Below are positions 12,117-25,300 of a stretch of DNA of 64,000 bases, in pieces. How positions within the stretch are numbered: position 1 is the stretch's first letter; every line of letters begins with the position of its first letter. Location of the stretch: contig JAYWIR010000026.1 of the NCBI GenBank assembly GCA_036172245.1, positions 1,860,001-1,924,000 on the forward strand, written 5' to 3'. The notes beneath the pieces are model-generated. The model worked only from the letters and a program-made list of their open reading frames with translations. It searched no databases and was not told where the DNA came from. The translations under genes and the position numbers were made by a program. The stretch comes from Raillietiella orientalis (taxonomy: Eukaryota).

Positions 12117-13130
12117 TGTTTTCATTGACTGGAGAGAGGTCTGTTCTCTTCCTCTCCCGCGTCCTGAGTGTTGCAGGAAGACGGGCGAGTGGATCGTTTC
12201 GTTTCCCCGCCGCCTTCGGGACGCCGCAGTCGTAGCCGACGTCGTCGAGAGCATCACGGCCTGAGCGACCCGACCAGCAGGAAACAGGCTCGCGGCCCCT
12301 GCTGGGGTTCCTGGGTGCCGGGACCTGCGTTCCTCGGGGCGAGGTTTCTCCCTAAGGAAGAAGGCAGAAAGAGTGGGAAGAAGGAAATGAAGCGAGAGTC
12401 CCCGCTGTCTCGGAGAGGGAGCGAAAGTAGCAGCAGCAGCTATCCGGCGCGTTCCCCCGTTCGTTCCATCCGCCAGCCACCCCTGCGAGGGTTTCCGGCT
12501 ACCTCGGCGCGGCTCCTCCCCTCCCTCCCGCCGCTTCGTCTGGGACGTCCCGCCTCTGAATCCTTCCCGCTCCGAGGGCAAATGCGGCTCCCCGGCACTC
12601 CCGATGGGGGTGCGAGCAGAAAGATCCAGAGGGTGGAAAGGAGAGGCCGGCGGCGGCACCCCACGAGCACCACGGGCGGTGCATCTGAAGGTTCCTTCCT
12701 CTTCCGGTCTTCGCGGAGGATCCCTACGAACAGAGAGACTCCGAGGGAGGATAGTGAGGGAGTCCCTCCGTTGACCAGGTAGCCGGGGGAAGTGTTCCCC
12801 TCCTCCTCCCCGCAAACCTTCCCGAGGGGTCCTCCTCAGGAAGACCTCCTTGCTTCGGGCTCCGGGTCCACTCCGATCCGGTTTCATGCTTTTCCTGGGA
12901 CAGTTGGTCGAGAGGCGCCCCGGGAGCCCCCCGTGGTGCCCACCTCGGGGAGTGCACCAACAACGAGAAAGGGTCTCTCCTTCCTTCATCTCCCAAGAAC
13001 CGCCTTCTGGACCCCCTCCTTTCCCTCCTCCTTGCTCCTACGCCTTCCCTTCCTCCTCACCTCGTCTTCCCAAGCATCCGCCGGTGAGGGGGCGGGGAAG
13101 TGAGCAGGAGGCACGTCCTGCCCACTCCCT

Positions 13131-13334
13131 TCACACGGAGCTCTCTTGAGAATTGCCCGTAGAGGGGACCTCTGCCGCAGAGTCCCGGTCCTGGAATTCT
13201 TCTGGGGGAAGCGGGATCAAGATGGCGCATCCGCCGCGTCCTCCGGGACCGCAGCGACACTCAGGAAAGAGGGATCGACTTCTTCCCCGGCCCCTGGACG
13301 TCCCGGGTCCGGGAGAGGATTGAGGCACTTCGAA
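13131..13334 (-). CDS. Sidestep-like terminal exon ending in ESSV (class I PDZ-binding-type motif)
   Basis: TGTTTTCAG phase-0 acceptor; FEVPQSSPGPG..STGNSQESSV then TGA. Confidence 0.62.
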   Translation of the reverse strand, partial: FEVPQSSPGPGTSRGRGRSRSLFPECRCGPGGRGGCAILIPLPPEEFQDRDSAAEVPSTGNSQESSV

Positions 13335-16300
13335 CTGAAAACATGCGGGGCTCAGTGACACCGACCAGGATGACCCCTCCTGGCTCTCTCGTTGGTAGAG
13401 GGGATTTAGAGGAGCCAACCGGGAGCCACTCCTGACGGCTTCCCGGGGAAGTCGCCCTGTGTCTTTTGGCTTGCTCCCTCTCCTTGGCCGAGTGTGGGGG
13501 GGGGGGATGGGAAGAGGTGGGAAGGGAGTTGCCGGGAGAAAAGGACTCCAGGAACTCACCCAGACATGGTTTCCCTGTGCAGCTGATGGGAATGCCTGGC
13601 TGGCGGGAGCAACGTTGGTTGCATAGGCTTCGTAGGAGGTCGGGTTCGGGGCCTTCCCGGACGAGCCCAGGTCTGCAAGAGAGCTAACGTAGGGTGACAC
13701 AGTGGAGGAGGTAAAGAGGAAGCGCGTTGTAGGGAGAGCGACCCACAGATTGGAAATGGGGGAAAGGAAGGAGGAGGGCAGCTCCCAGAGGATTCCTTTC
13801 CTTCTTCCCCTCTCCTGCTCCCCGATGAGAATCGACGGAGGGCGCTCGCCCCGCCCGATGGTTCAGAACGCCCATGGAGGAGCAGGAACGAGAGGACAGG
13901 AATCAGCGCTCTGGGGCCGGTAGGTTCTCAGACGAGACTCCCGCCTTTCTCCTCCAGGAGAGAGGCTTTCAGGGAACGGAGGGGGAAGGAGGAAAGGAAG
14001 CAGCGATTCCTGGAAATGCTTCGTCCCATTAAGAGACTCCTTTCGCTACTTCTTTCACCGTTCTCGAATCAGGGAAGGAAGGTGGGGAGTAGGGGGAAAG
14101 GGACAGGAGCGATTCTCCTTTCCTGCTCCCGCTCGCGCGAAGAAACAGGTCGCAGGGAGCTATGGCTTTCTGGGATCGCCAGTGCAACCCGGGAACAAAG
14201 GGGATTACAACAATAACGATGAGGAGGAATAACGGAGCAAAGAAACGTGAAAGACGATGAGGAAGAGGAGGAGGGGGAGAGGAGGGAGGATGGAAGATAG
14301 GGAGGCTTGCCTGACAACCGTGGGATGACGTCTGGGTTGTCTTCCTTCTTGCAGAAAGCGTTGTGGTCCCTTCGGCCGCCTTCGAGAGTCGCTGCGGGTG
14401 GGCGGGTTGAGGAGGAGGCGTTGCCACGGCAGCAAGTGGCGCACCAGCGGCGCTTTCCGGTCCTCATGACGACCACACTGACGAGGAAAAGGAAGACAAA
14501 GACGGAAGCCACGCTGATGACGAGGACCGTCAGCATGGAGAAGAGGGACGTCTTTTCCACAGGTCCTGAAAGTAGCGAGGGCCGGATGAGCACCTCGGGA
14601 GCTCCCCTTCCGGATCGAGGGGCGCAGCGGCACCGACCGGGAGGGAAGGAGGGCTGTCTGTGAAGGAAGGTGGTGGGGGTTGCCGGTAGCTGAAGAAGGA
14701 CAGAGGCTGTTTCAGGCTTCCTCCCTCTCGGAAGGCTTGAAACAGCTCTCCTCTTCGAGCGTGTGCGTCTCGAAGCGTTGGATCGCACTAAGAGCCTAGA
14801 AGCCGACGGGGGGACTGAGAACTTCTCCGGTGAGAGAAGTCTCCCGTGTCTCAGGAGGTGCGACCTCAGGTCGAGGCATTTGAATATCCTGGGGGTTCAT
14901 TGCAAAGCGCTAGGATCCTCAAGGCGTGCGGAAGAGGACAGGACGGAGGATGCGAGCCGGGGGAGAGGCTGCTTGCGGCCTCCAGGTGTCGGTCGCGCAC
15001 CGCGGAGGTCTCAGAGCCTCCTCCATACCGCTCCAGGCCGGTGCCACCACTGCTGCTCTGCGGACCACCCTCTCCCCCAAGGGAAATCGTTCTTCTAGAA
15101 CGTGCTCCCGCACTTCGAGGAGCCCGCGCAGGCTGCCGCTGGGAGCTCCCGAAGGTGGAAACGCCCCTGCCGGGACGGTCTCCGGCTTAAGTCTTTGGTG
15201 GGAAAGCGATGCTAGAGCCCGATGCCAAAACTGGGCACCCGCGCGGGGGAGGAGGAAGAGGAGCATGCGTTCCCCTGGGGTGCACCGTCTTCCTCCGATG
15301 ACGACCTTCGAGGCTTGGACCGCCGCATCTGAGACCCCAGCGCATTGTTCCGTCCTCTCCGATCTGCCTTTGGGTCAGGAGGGACGGAAATTCCGACCCA
15401 GCGAAGAGTTCGCATTCCACGCACCGCTCAGCGGTCGTTGCCCCTGGCAGATGGCGAGATGACGGAGAAGTCCTACAGAGCGGGATGGGTGGAGGAGGAG
15501 GAGGAAGAGAAATGGGATCCCCGGAGCGAGATCGAGTGGGTGCAGCTGCGCAATGACCGAGAAGACTGGACATCCGTGCAAGTCAGCCGTCTGGGACAGA
15601 TCCTCTCCGGTGAGAAGCGGTCGATACGGAGGGAAGCAGGTCAACGGAGATTGAAAAAAGGGAGGTAGAGGCAGCGCACAGCCGGCTCCTGGGACGAAAC
15701 CTACTGCCGGGTCCCCCTCGACGGGGCCGTTGCTCGGTTTCCGCTCTGGGACTGGGCTGCCCTGCCGGATGAGACCCGGTGCGGAGACGGCACCGCAACC
15801 GTCCGGTGCGCTTTCAGAAGATCCTCTCCTAGCGAATACTGGTCTCCCCTTCCAGCCGAGACCACACTGGGGTTTGCGAGGAGCGAGAAAGCCGCTGCTC
15901 TCGTTGCTAGGAATTTCCCGACGGTTCCCCGGCTATGGTCGCTTGAGAGGCCGCGTCCTGCGGTCATTCCTCAGCTACGTGTTCCCATTCCTCAGAGGAG
16001 AGTTAGCGTCCGTCTTCCGCCCTTCTTCTGCTCTGCCGTTCCGCGAAGAGCTTTCCCCCTCCGCTTCCCCGCCGTTCTCCGTTCGCCCCAGTGAGCCACC
16101 GCTGCAAGAACCTCAAAGGTTCGCACATGCTCCTTTTTCAGGGGGGCTCGCGATCTCCAGGATCGCCTCGTCTAGGCTGGAAACGCCCCCAGGTACTACA
16201 GTGGCGCTTTTCCCCTCTCAAGGGGTTGCGGAACGTGAGAGCGCCCCCCAGGCGTGTCTTTTGGATACTCTTGGAGCTGCAAGCAGCACCACCGAGCTGC

Positions 16301-19300
16301 TGGAGGAAGAAGAGGGAATTGTTAGCCGTAGGAGGGAGGCTCCGAAAGAAAGGGAGCGGAGGTTCTGCAAAGGTGGAGCTCCTCCTCCTTGGTCCGATGA
16401 GTGGATGAGGGCGGCGGGGTGACTGATATGTCGGGAGGACCGAACAAAGTCCTCCCCAAGGAGAGATGGCGGCAACTAGGAGGGCCACGGAAGTAGGATT
16501 GGAGAGGAGGAGGAGCTTTCCTCTCAACCTTAATGCTCTTTCTCCACCTGATGCTCTCACTCTCTTTCCTTCTAATGGTCAACCAGTCAGAGTGCAAGAA
16601 GACCTCGGACTTCTGCGACGAGCGGCTGCTGCTTCCACCGGTGAGGGCGGTCAAAGGAGAAAGCGGGCGATAGGTGAGCAGGTATTCGTTCCGCTATCGT
16701 GTTCGGGGAGTGACCCTTCCTCCCCGGTCCACGGCTCTCCGGCGTGGCCAGCGGCGGTAGCACGGCGCAGTACCTGGTCTTTTCCCCGCGTCCTTCAGCG
16801 TCGCCGTCCTCATCAGAAGACTGTCGCTCCTTCCCTTGCTGTTGGCAGCAAACAGAGAGATCAGCAGTTCAGTGTCCTCCCCGAGGTCGCCCAAGGTGAA
16901 CGCAGGCTCGCCGGACGTCGCGTTTGACACCAGCCGATGGGTGTCCGCATCGTACACCTCCATCACGAAGGTCTGCGGCAGCCCTCCGTCGTAGCCGGAG
17001 GCGCACGCGATGACGATGGAGGACGAGCTCTTGTTGGTAATGTGGCAGCTGGTCAGCGGCTCTGGCTTCCCTGGAAAGGAAGAAGGAAAGGGAATGAGGT
17101 TGCTCCGAGAGGGAACCGGAGAAGGGAAGCGGAGGATGCGAGAGCATGGAGCCACCCTCCTTCCTGACCACAACGACGTGGGATCTCCACCCCGTTCCCC
17201 TGGGGGGAGGGGAGAAAGGGTGAATACGCGCAGTGCAGCAGTCTCTTCCCGAGAGCAGAGCGGCATCCCCTTTGGAAGTGGACGACCTCCATGGCACCTC
17301 CAACGGCTCTCCACTGCCCGCGTCACGAGGGGAGAGAGGTCGGAGAAAAGGAATCTTGTATAGCAGGGCTACCAAGTCAACGAGGCGCTCGCGAGCAGTG
17401 TGGTCCCGGGCTGTCCCGATCGGATCTGTAGGCTCCTCGGGACTTACCCCTTTTCCATTCTCTCCTTCGCATGAGGGCCCCTGATTCCACCCCTCCCCCT
17501 TCAAGCCTTGGGAGTGATCCGGGGCCGAGAAAATGTTCCTCGAGGGAAGAGGCGCCTTCAGGAATTTCCGGAGCAAACGTTCCGCAGGCGTTCCGTTCGG
17601 AGATGCCTCTAAAAAGGGCGGATGTCGCTCTTCAGCCGGGAATGGGATGAAGGGAGGACTCGGGAAACGCGTCCGCTGGTGAGAGGGATGACTCTTCTCT
17701 CTCCCCTCTCCCTGATCTGCTCGCCTTCCCGAGAAAGAGGCGAGCCAGGGGAGCCCTGGAGCTCGCGGGATTCGTCCCGAGGAGGTAACCTCTGGTTCCA
17801 CTCCCGAAGGTGCTGCCAAAGTCACCTCAGAGGAACGAGTCCTCTTCGTTCTTTAGAGGCAGAGAACGTCGTCATCGTCTCACCCTCCTCCCTTTCTGGT
17901 ATTGCCAACAGATGGGGAGGGCTGTAAGGAGGTCTCGCAACCTTGACCTCCACCGCTTCGCGGGAGAGCAGGCCAAGAAGGAGATCAGGGAACGGACGGG
18001 TGGTGGTGCTCGCAGTGCAAAGACGAAATTCACTGCGACATTTGGACGAGCTGAGCACTCGAACTGCAGTGGAGGAGGTATGAAAGAGGAGGGAGGGAGA
18101 GAAGGTGACCTGACTGACCTCCGCGTCCCCTGAGGGACAGGGAGGGGGATCACAGAGGTTCCCTATGCGACGCCACGTAAAAGTTTGCTCCCGGTGCGCC
18201 GACAGAGAAGACCCTCAGGGGTAGCGATAGAAGAAGACTGGAACCTTCGCCTCATTCCTCCAGCTCCAAGACTCCGGGCACGGCAGCAGAGAGAACAAGG
18301 GCCGTGGAGGCCTAACAGTCCTAGCGCATGGGTTCCGGGAGAGGACATGCGAACCGGGACACAGGACAGGGCACTCTCTGAACGCACTGGTGGATCTTGT
18401 CCCGGGGAGCCGAGTTCGAGAGTCGGGTCTGGACGCTTCTTGTGCAGCGTCCGTCTCAGGTTGCGTAGCAGGCCAGTGGCGGGTCCGTAGCAGGAGCGCC
18501 GACAGGTGCGTCCTGTTGACCTCCATGAAAACAGGGAACGCTCCCGTGGAGACGCGGGAGGGGCGAAGTTTTCGTCCCTCCCTTCCTTCCCTCTTCGTCC
18601 CCCTCGATCCCTCCCTATCGTTGCCACTTTCCAATTCACTCTCCCGTCCCTCTCTTCTTCGATTCCTGAGCGCCTTTAACCTCCCCCTTCTCTCCCTGGC
18701 TCCCTCCAGGGGAGGAGGAAGTGAGGGGATAAGACCGCGGAGGTTGTCTCCTTGCTTTCAAAGGGGAGGGAGGGAGACAGGTCCTCTCTTAAGAAACGCC
18801 CAGGGGACTCCTCACGGGAGAGGGGAGCTTCCCACCGATCGAGAGGCCCGGGCACTTCCAAGGGGGAAGAGAAATGGGACTGTCTGTCGCCAGGGATGAG
18901 GTCGGGATCCAGGAATGATTGCCGCCGGGAAAGCAGCAGCTTCCGAAGGAAAAGAGGAAGGAATCTCCTCCCTCTCTTCGAGGGGAAGAAAGGGAAAAGG
19001 GATTTGTCTCGAGTCGCTGCTCTCCGCTCCACGAGGTCCGAGAGGAAAGAAGGAAGGGGAAAGCGTCTGGAAACGACGAGGAGTGGGAAAGGTAGAAGGA
19101 GGGGGAGGCAGGAAGACCCCATTTTCCCTCCCCATTTAGAATACTGGGACCCATCGACAGGAAACGGGAAGGAAGCTGCCACTGCCGTTCTCCTCCCGCC
19201 ACCCCATCACTCAGTCTTATCTCCTGGAGCCCTTGGTTGCTGCCTGATGGTCGGCTCCTCCTTTCCGGGAGGACGAAGAGGAGGAGGAGGAGGAGGTCAC

Positions 19301-22300
19301 CGGAGAAGGTTGAGTGGAGAGGGCAACGTCATCTTCTCCATCCCTTATCCTCAGCTCCTTTCCCTTTCCCCTGTCTTCTCTGCTGTTAGTCTCAGGTGGG
19401 CGCGGAGGCACGCCTTGGAAGAGGGGAGGAAAGGGGGGAGGTGGGCTTCCAGGATGATCAGGCTCGCAGCCGAGGAGTAGCTCTCTCATGCTGCGCGGAT
19501 GCCCACTGACCTCACGGCGGCGGAAATTCGGCAGGACGGGAGTGCACGCGGACGGCGAACAACTTGAGAGGGAGAAAGAGTCGGTGAGAGCATCCTGTCC
19601 ACCGCTGGTGGGCGCGGTGGGCGCTGCTTCCGGTCCCAGAGGATTGGCAGCGCCCCTTCTGTACCGGAAGAGGCGCGTCCATTCATCCTCAGAGGATTAC
19701 GACGAAGGTGCCTCCGGAGCGCCTCCCCCTCGCCGTCGCGGCTCCCGTCGAGCGGAAGCCGTGGCGAAGTCGTCCGTCCCGGTCTCGTCCGCTCCCTCTG
19801 GGGGAATCACTGGGTTCTACCCAAGCGCCTCGCTGCATCTGTGGACCCATCCCATGAGGTGCCGCGCCGAGGACACTTCGGAACCATCCATCTCTGGAGG
19901 ATGACCACCGTGTGACTTCTTCCGGGAGCGGTTGGAAGCCTGGCTCGCGATTTTTCTCTCCTCGCCTGTAGGGGGAACGGGCAAGTGAAGGAAGGCAGAA
20001 GATCCGGGAAGCGACCCTGAGGGAGAAAGTGCGTGCGGCCCGGTGTCCCTCATGGTCACGCACGCACTTCCTCACATCTCTTTCCTTTCTCCTGTTCTCG
20101 GAAGAGCCACGGCTCTCAGGGTGTCTTCTTCCCCCTCGCGGCCACCTCCTCCTTTCCAGGAGACTGAGAGTCGCAGAAATCGGGGAGGGAAGGACCAAGA
20201 GCGCCCTCACCGGCTGCTGGGAGTAAACTCTGCTCAGGAACGATATCCCAGAGAAAGAGGGAGAGGGAACAATCCACGCTGCGGAGGAATCGGGACGTAG
20301 GCAGCATGGCGCACCGGACGGAAGGAAAGAGAGTGAGAACGGAACATTCCCCCCGGATGGGGCGGAGCGAGTGGGAGCTCAGAGAGGGGCCGACTTGCGG
20401 GAAGCTCCGGGAGCGAGCTCCAGGCAGATGTGTCCGAGCGATGGTCATTCGCAAGAGGCGCTACTCACCTGCCCGGCTGACCTGGAAGGTGCAGGGAGTT
20501 TCCTGTTGCCCCAAGGCGTTCGCTGCCCAGCAAAGGAGCTGTCCATAGTCCATATCAGTGACCGGGATGTAGCGGAGGACGCTATGGTCCCCCTCCTGAG
20601 TGAAGTGGTGCTTGGCGATCTCCACGGGCCCGGTAGAGCTGTTGAACACCCAGCGGAAGGACCGCACTTCCGGACGCGAGTCCACCTGGCACGTGACGGC
20701 GGCCTCCTCGGACTTGGAGACGGCGTGCAGCGCCGTCTCGTTGGAGACGCAAGTGGGTCGATCTGCAGTGGCAGAGAGTGGCAGCGTGGCGCGCCTTCCG
20801 AAAGGGGAAGGGAAGGAAGAAAGCAGGAGAGGAAGAGGAAGATCTCTCCAGGCGTTCGTGGGAGCGGTTGCCCCTTGAGAGTCCAGTGGGGCGTACGGAG
20901 GCATACGGCAGTCCCCTCCCACCTAGCGCTTCGAGGTGGCGGATGGCGAAGAGTTCTCACCCGGAATGGCAGACGCACTGGGGAGGAAGGGATGGACTCC
21001 GAAGTGAGCTCCAGGGATGAGAGGGGAGCGTAAACATAGAGACGCGCTCGCGGGGAAGCGTTGCGTAGGTTGCAACTTCGCGACGCTCCGCTTCAGACCC
21101 TCGCCCCGGAAGAAGATGACCGGAAAGCAACCAGCAGGAACCAAAATGGGCGACGATTACGCCTGCTCCGAGTGGCGCGAGCGTTTCTGGGGGATCAGGG
21201 CGGCTTCTGGAGATGCAGGACAGGTGGCAGCGATTGTGTTGCCTGGAGACCGGCCGGGCTTTGACTCCGGTGAGCGTGTGCGCGCGCGTCCGCTGTCCGT
21301 GGAAGGCATGTGATCACAGATGTTGCGAGCGCGCTCGCACTCCCAAGCATCCCTTTCGGGAACGAAGCGAGGCCTGATCTGATCTCGGAGGCCTTCCCAA
21401 CAGCGGCGGCAGTAAGGAGTTCGGATCCCTGCTCCTTAGAGTAGGGGATGTCCTACTTGGAAAAGGCCTCGTTTGTCTCTGACTCCAGGGTCATTCCTCC
21501 CCCCCTCACCTATTCACTGCGCATCCTCTTCCCCGCTCGGTGACAGGAAGAATGGTTCTCTGGAAGACACGCGGTTGCCAGGGGAAAGCCGACTGGAGGC
21601 CTCCTCAGGAGAGCAAGAGGGGTGGAGACGAAGCGGTTTCGCCCTCACTCCCTCACCCTGGTCTTCTTGGGAAGCAAGCAGGAAGCTGGAGAGGGGTGGA
21701 GACAAAAGTGGCCCCTCTGTCCGGGGTATGGGAAGCGTCCCATCTCCCCTTGCGAGTCCCACGTCCCGTTTCCACGAAGCCCAAGAGTGCGACTCACCGA
21801 GCCCGGGGGACCTCCCTCCTTTTCTATTGACCCAAAAGAATACCTCTACATGTGGAAGAGGCCTCCCGACTTCCCACCGCATCATGGAGGACAGAAGGAT
21901 CGTCTCTACCCCCGAGAAGAAATCCTGCAGGGAATCTCCGACCGTTCTCCCTCTTTCCTTCCCCGTTCTCACCGGAGATCGGAAGCGACAGAATGGCGCA
22001 GCGAGCGAGGGAGGGAAGTGGAGGCGCGGCGGGTGGGAGCGGGGCTCACTCACATTTCACGGAGAGGTCGATCCTGTTGCTCTGACCTCGCCCTTTCTCG
22101 TTGGCGGCAGAGCACTGGTAGGCTCCAGAGCGGGACCGGGAGATCCTCTGCAGCACGAGGGTGTGGTTGCTGACGATCACGCCGGAGGCCAAGTCTTGAG
22201 TCAGAACATTCCCCTGGAAACGGCAAGCGGGTGGTTCAGTGGGGTGAAAGCGCCCACAGAGGAGTTGCTTCAGAGGGGATACAGGGAAGAAGGGTGGGAG

Positions 22301-25300
22301 ACTGTTTGAGGTCTTCCCGCTCTCCCCGATCCTCAGCCACCGTCTCCACCGCTGCCGCCGCCTGAGGGGAAAAGAGGGGGGAGATCTCACCTCGTAGTTC
22401 CAGCCCAGCTCATGCATCCAAGGGTTGGACACGACCTTGCACTCGAAATAGACGTCGTCGCCCTCCTGGACGCCATCGGGCCTCAGCGGGTGTCCCAGGG
22501 TCAGCCGAACCTCGGGTGCATCTGGAAGGAACGGGCGCCGTAAGGGGAAGGGGAGTAAGGCTGAGTCTCTCCCATCCCTCCCTCCCCCGGTCTGAGAGAT
22601 TCCTCCCCGACACCGCGGACGGGAGAGACAGAGAGAGATGGAGGGGTGCCCGGAAAGGCTGTCCCCTCCGCGCCTTCGGTCGCATCCCGGAGGAGAGACC
22701 CCACGGAGACGCCTTCCGGAGAATGCTGCTCGTTCTCCCAGGGCCGGAGGTGGGAAGAAAGTCCGCTACTCTCCCGCCCCAACGTTCCTTGCTCCAGACG
22801 CTTCCTCCTCCCCTACCTTTCTCCCTCCGTTTGTCTCAGAATGCATCGAACCCGCGCGGCGTTCCCATGGGAGACGCGCAGGGCATGCGACGGGGCTGGA
22901 GGATGCAGAAGAGCTGCTCTTCCCTCAGCGGGAAGTCTTCCCTTTGAGGGTCAGGGAGAGCTTTTCCGGTCAGCTTCCCGGAAGGCAAATCTGTCCTCCG
23001 CGCGAGGGGAGGATCTCGCTCCCGGGCTCCGGGTAGAGGTTCCTCCTCTACATTCCCCAGGCAGACAGGGGCGAAGAGGTTTCCGCAGAAGCCTCCCCCC
23101 TTCAGGTATGGACCAGCCAGGAGATCCATGCGAAGACGGCAGGGAAGGACCTCCCCTCCTGAAAGGATGGAGAACCCGAAACAGACAAGCGAGGGAGCGT
23201 GAGGACAGGGAGTCACCCTGCTTGTTTCCCAGCACGTCCCCAGATGCCCTGAGAGAGGAGCAGAGGAAAAGGAAACCACCAAGGAAGAAGCATTTCCGGG
23301 GGAATCCCTAGAAGGACGGAGGCGACTTGTGGCAGCCTTGGGGTCTCCCTGGCAGGGCACGGCTCTCGACGCCCGCCCGCAGGTCGCCAGCCGCTCTCCC
23401 TTTCCACACGATTCCATGCAGCCAGGCTGGGTGACGCTTGGAGAGAAAGGGGAAGGAATCTTCTCTTCCCTTGAGCTGCCGCCTTCACTATTCCTCCTCT
23501 GCTGATTCCCGAGGGCGCTACGAGCCTTCCACGGGGCGTCGTCAGCGGCGTCCCTCCTGCCCCCGAGTGAGGGTGACCCCGCTCACGGTGAGCGCTTCTG
23601 AGTGAAGAAACGAAGGAGGGAGGGAGGGGGAACGAAGGAATCTTCCCCTCCTCTCCTTTTTCTCGCTGCTCCCCTTCAGACAATGCTTCCCTGCAGCCCC
23701 CGGAGGAGCCGCAGATACGCGCCTGCCCTCCCACTCCTCCCCCACCGTCATCGCGCAGAGCCTGCAGAAGGAGAAAGGAGGGGAGGGACGGATTCCCCCC
23801 TCTCTCTCCTTGCTCTCCCAAAAGAAACTCGGCCTTCTTCGTGGGCGGCAGCGGGCCGGAATGCCTGCTGCTGTCTCTTCCGTCTACTTACCTGTGATTT
23901 CGCCCAGCGAGGGCACTCCCAGCGGAACAGCAGCCACGTAGGCGATGAGAGGTGGAGGAGGAGGAGGGTTAGTCAAGGTCGCAAACCTGCCTCGGAGTCC
24001 CCTCCCCTCCCCTTCTATCCTCCCATAATTCCGGAAATTGAGAGAGGGAGCACAGGCGGCCGACCTGCAAGTCCTCGTCCCCCGCGGGGCGATCACAGGG
24101 AAAACGCCGGGGGAGCTCTGACCGTTTTCCTCTGGGGTTCGCGTCTCCACGGTTACGTCTCCGGAGAAACTAGCGAGGATGTAGATGGATCGCATCAGGA
24201 TCCATCGTTCCGCCCGTCCCTCCTTTACGTCCCAAAAGAACATCGGAAAGGAAAGGGTCGGATCGAGAACCTCGCTCGTCCTTCTTAGCGCGAAAAAACG
24301 CGCCGGAGGCGAGCAGGAGCGGAGTAGCGGCTCTCCCGGACCCTAGGGACTCTCCCCTCCTCTCCCACTTTAACCCCCTTCTTCCCTGGGATTCGCGCGA
24401 GGGGGCAGGCGGGATAAGGAGAAGGCGGAGGCAGCAGAGATGGCGCCCGCGTGCGAGGGGTCGCCGTCGCACAGCAACAACAGCAGGTGGAGGAGGAGGA
24501 AGTGAGGAAGGGGGGTGAGGAAGTTCCCGCACGCGCGGAGGCACACCGCAAGACAACACCTCACGGCATGCTGGAAAGGAGTACTGAGCTCACACTGAAC
24601 GACCAGAGGAACGGCTTCTTCCACGGTCGCGTTGGTCATCTTGGGATTCTCTCCCCGGCATCTAAGGAAGCGCCCGTCGTCTTGGGAGGAGAATGTGATG
24701 CGCAGGGTGCTCGTGGAGGCATTCCCGTCGGAAGACACCTATAAGAAGAAAGACGTGAGAGCCTCGGGAAGAGGATCCGGTCCTGCCGTGGAACGCGGGA
24801 GGGAGGAGGTGGGCCAAGGCGTTAGAAGCTGCGACGCCTGCGGGCTGCCTCACAGTCGTGTGCTCCCCATCCTGGACGCTCCTCCGCCAGGGATCGGGAA
24901 GAGGGCACCTTCCTTCTCCTCCTCCCGGTTTCCCGCCACTCCCTGAAGGCAGGCGCAGCACGGGAGGGCGGCGTCCTCCCTTTGGTGACGCGGCGACCTC
25001 GCCGCGCTTAGGCCCCAACCTAGGTGTCTCCTCCGCACATGCCAGAAAGAGGGTTCGTTCTCCCCCCCTCCCCAGCCCCAGTCTTCCCTCCCTCCCGTCC
25101 TCGTCCCCGTGACAACGGGAAGCGCTCGCGAACGCAGCCGGAGAGGGCCGCTGCTTACAACTTTGATGAACGCAGCGAACTCCGTGCATCAGGCAATCTC
25201 CGGAGAGATCTCGCTGCGGGACCCTCTCGCAGCCTCCGGTATGTACCAAGAAATTAATGAGCTCATGATAGCATTGAAAAGACGCCGAGGAATCTCTTCG

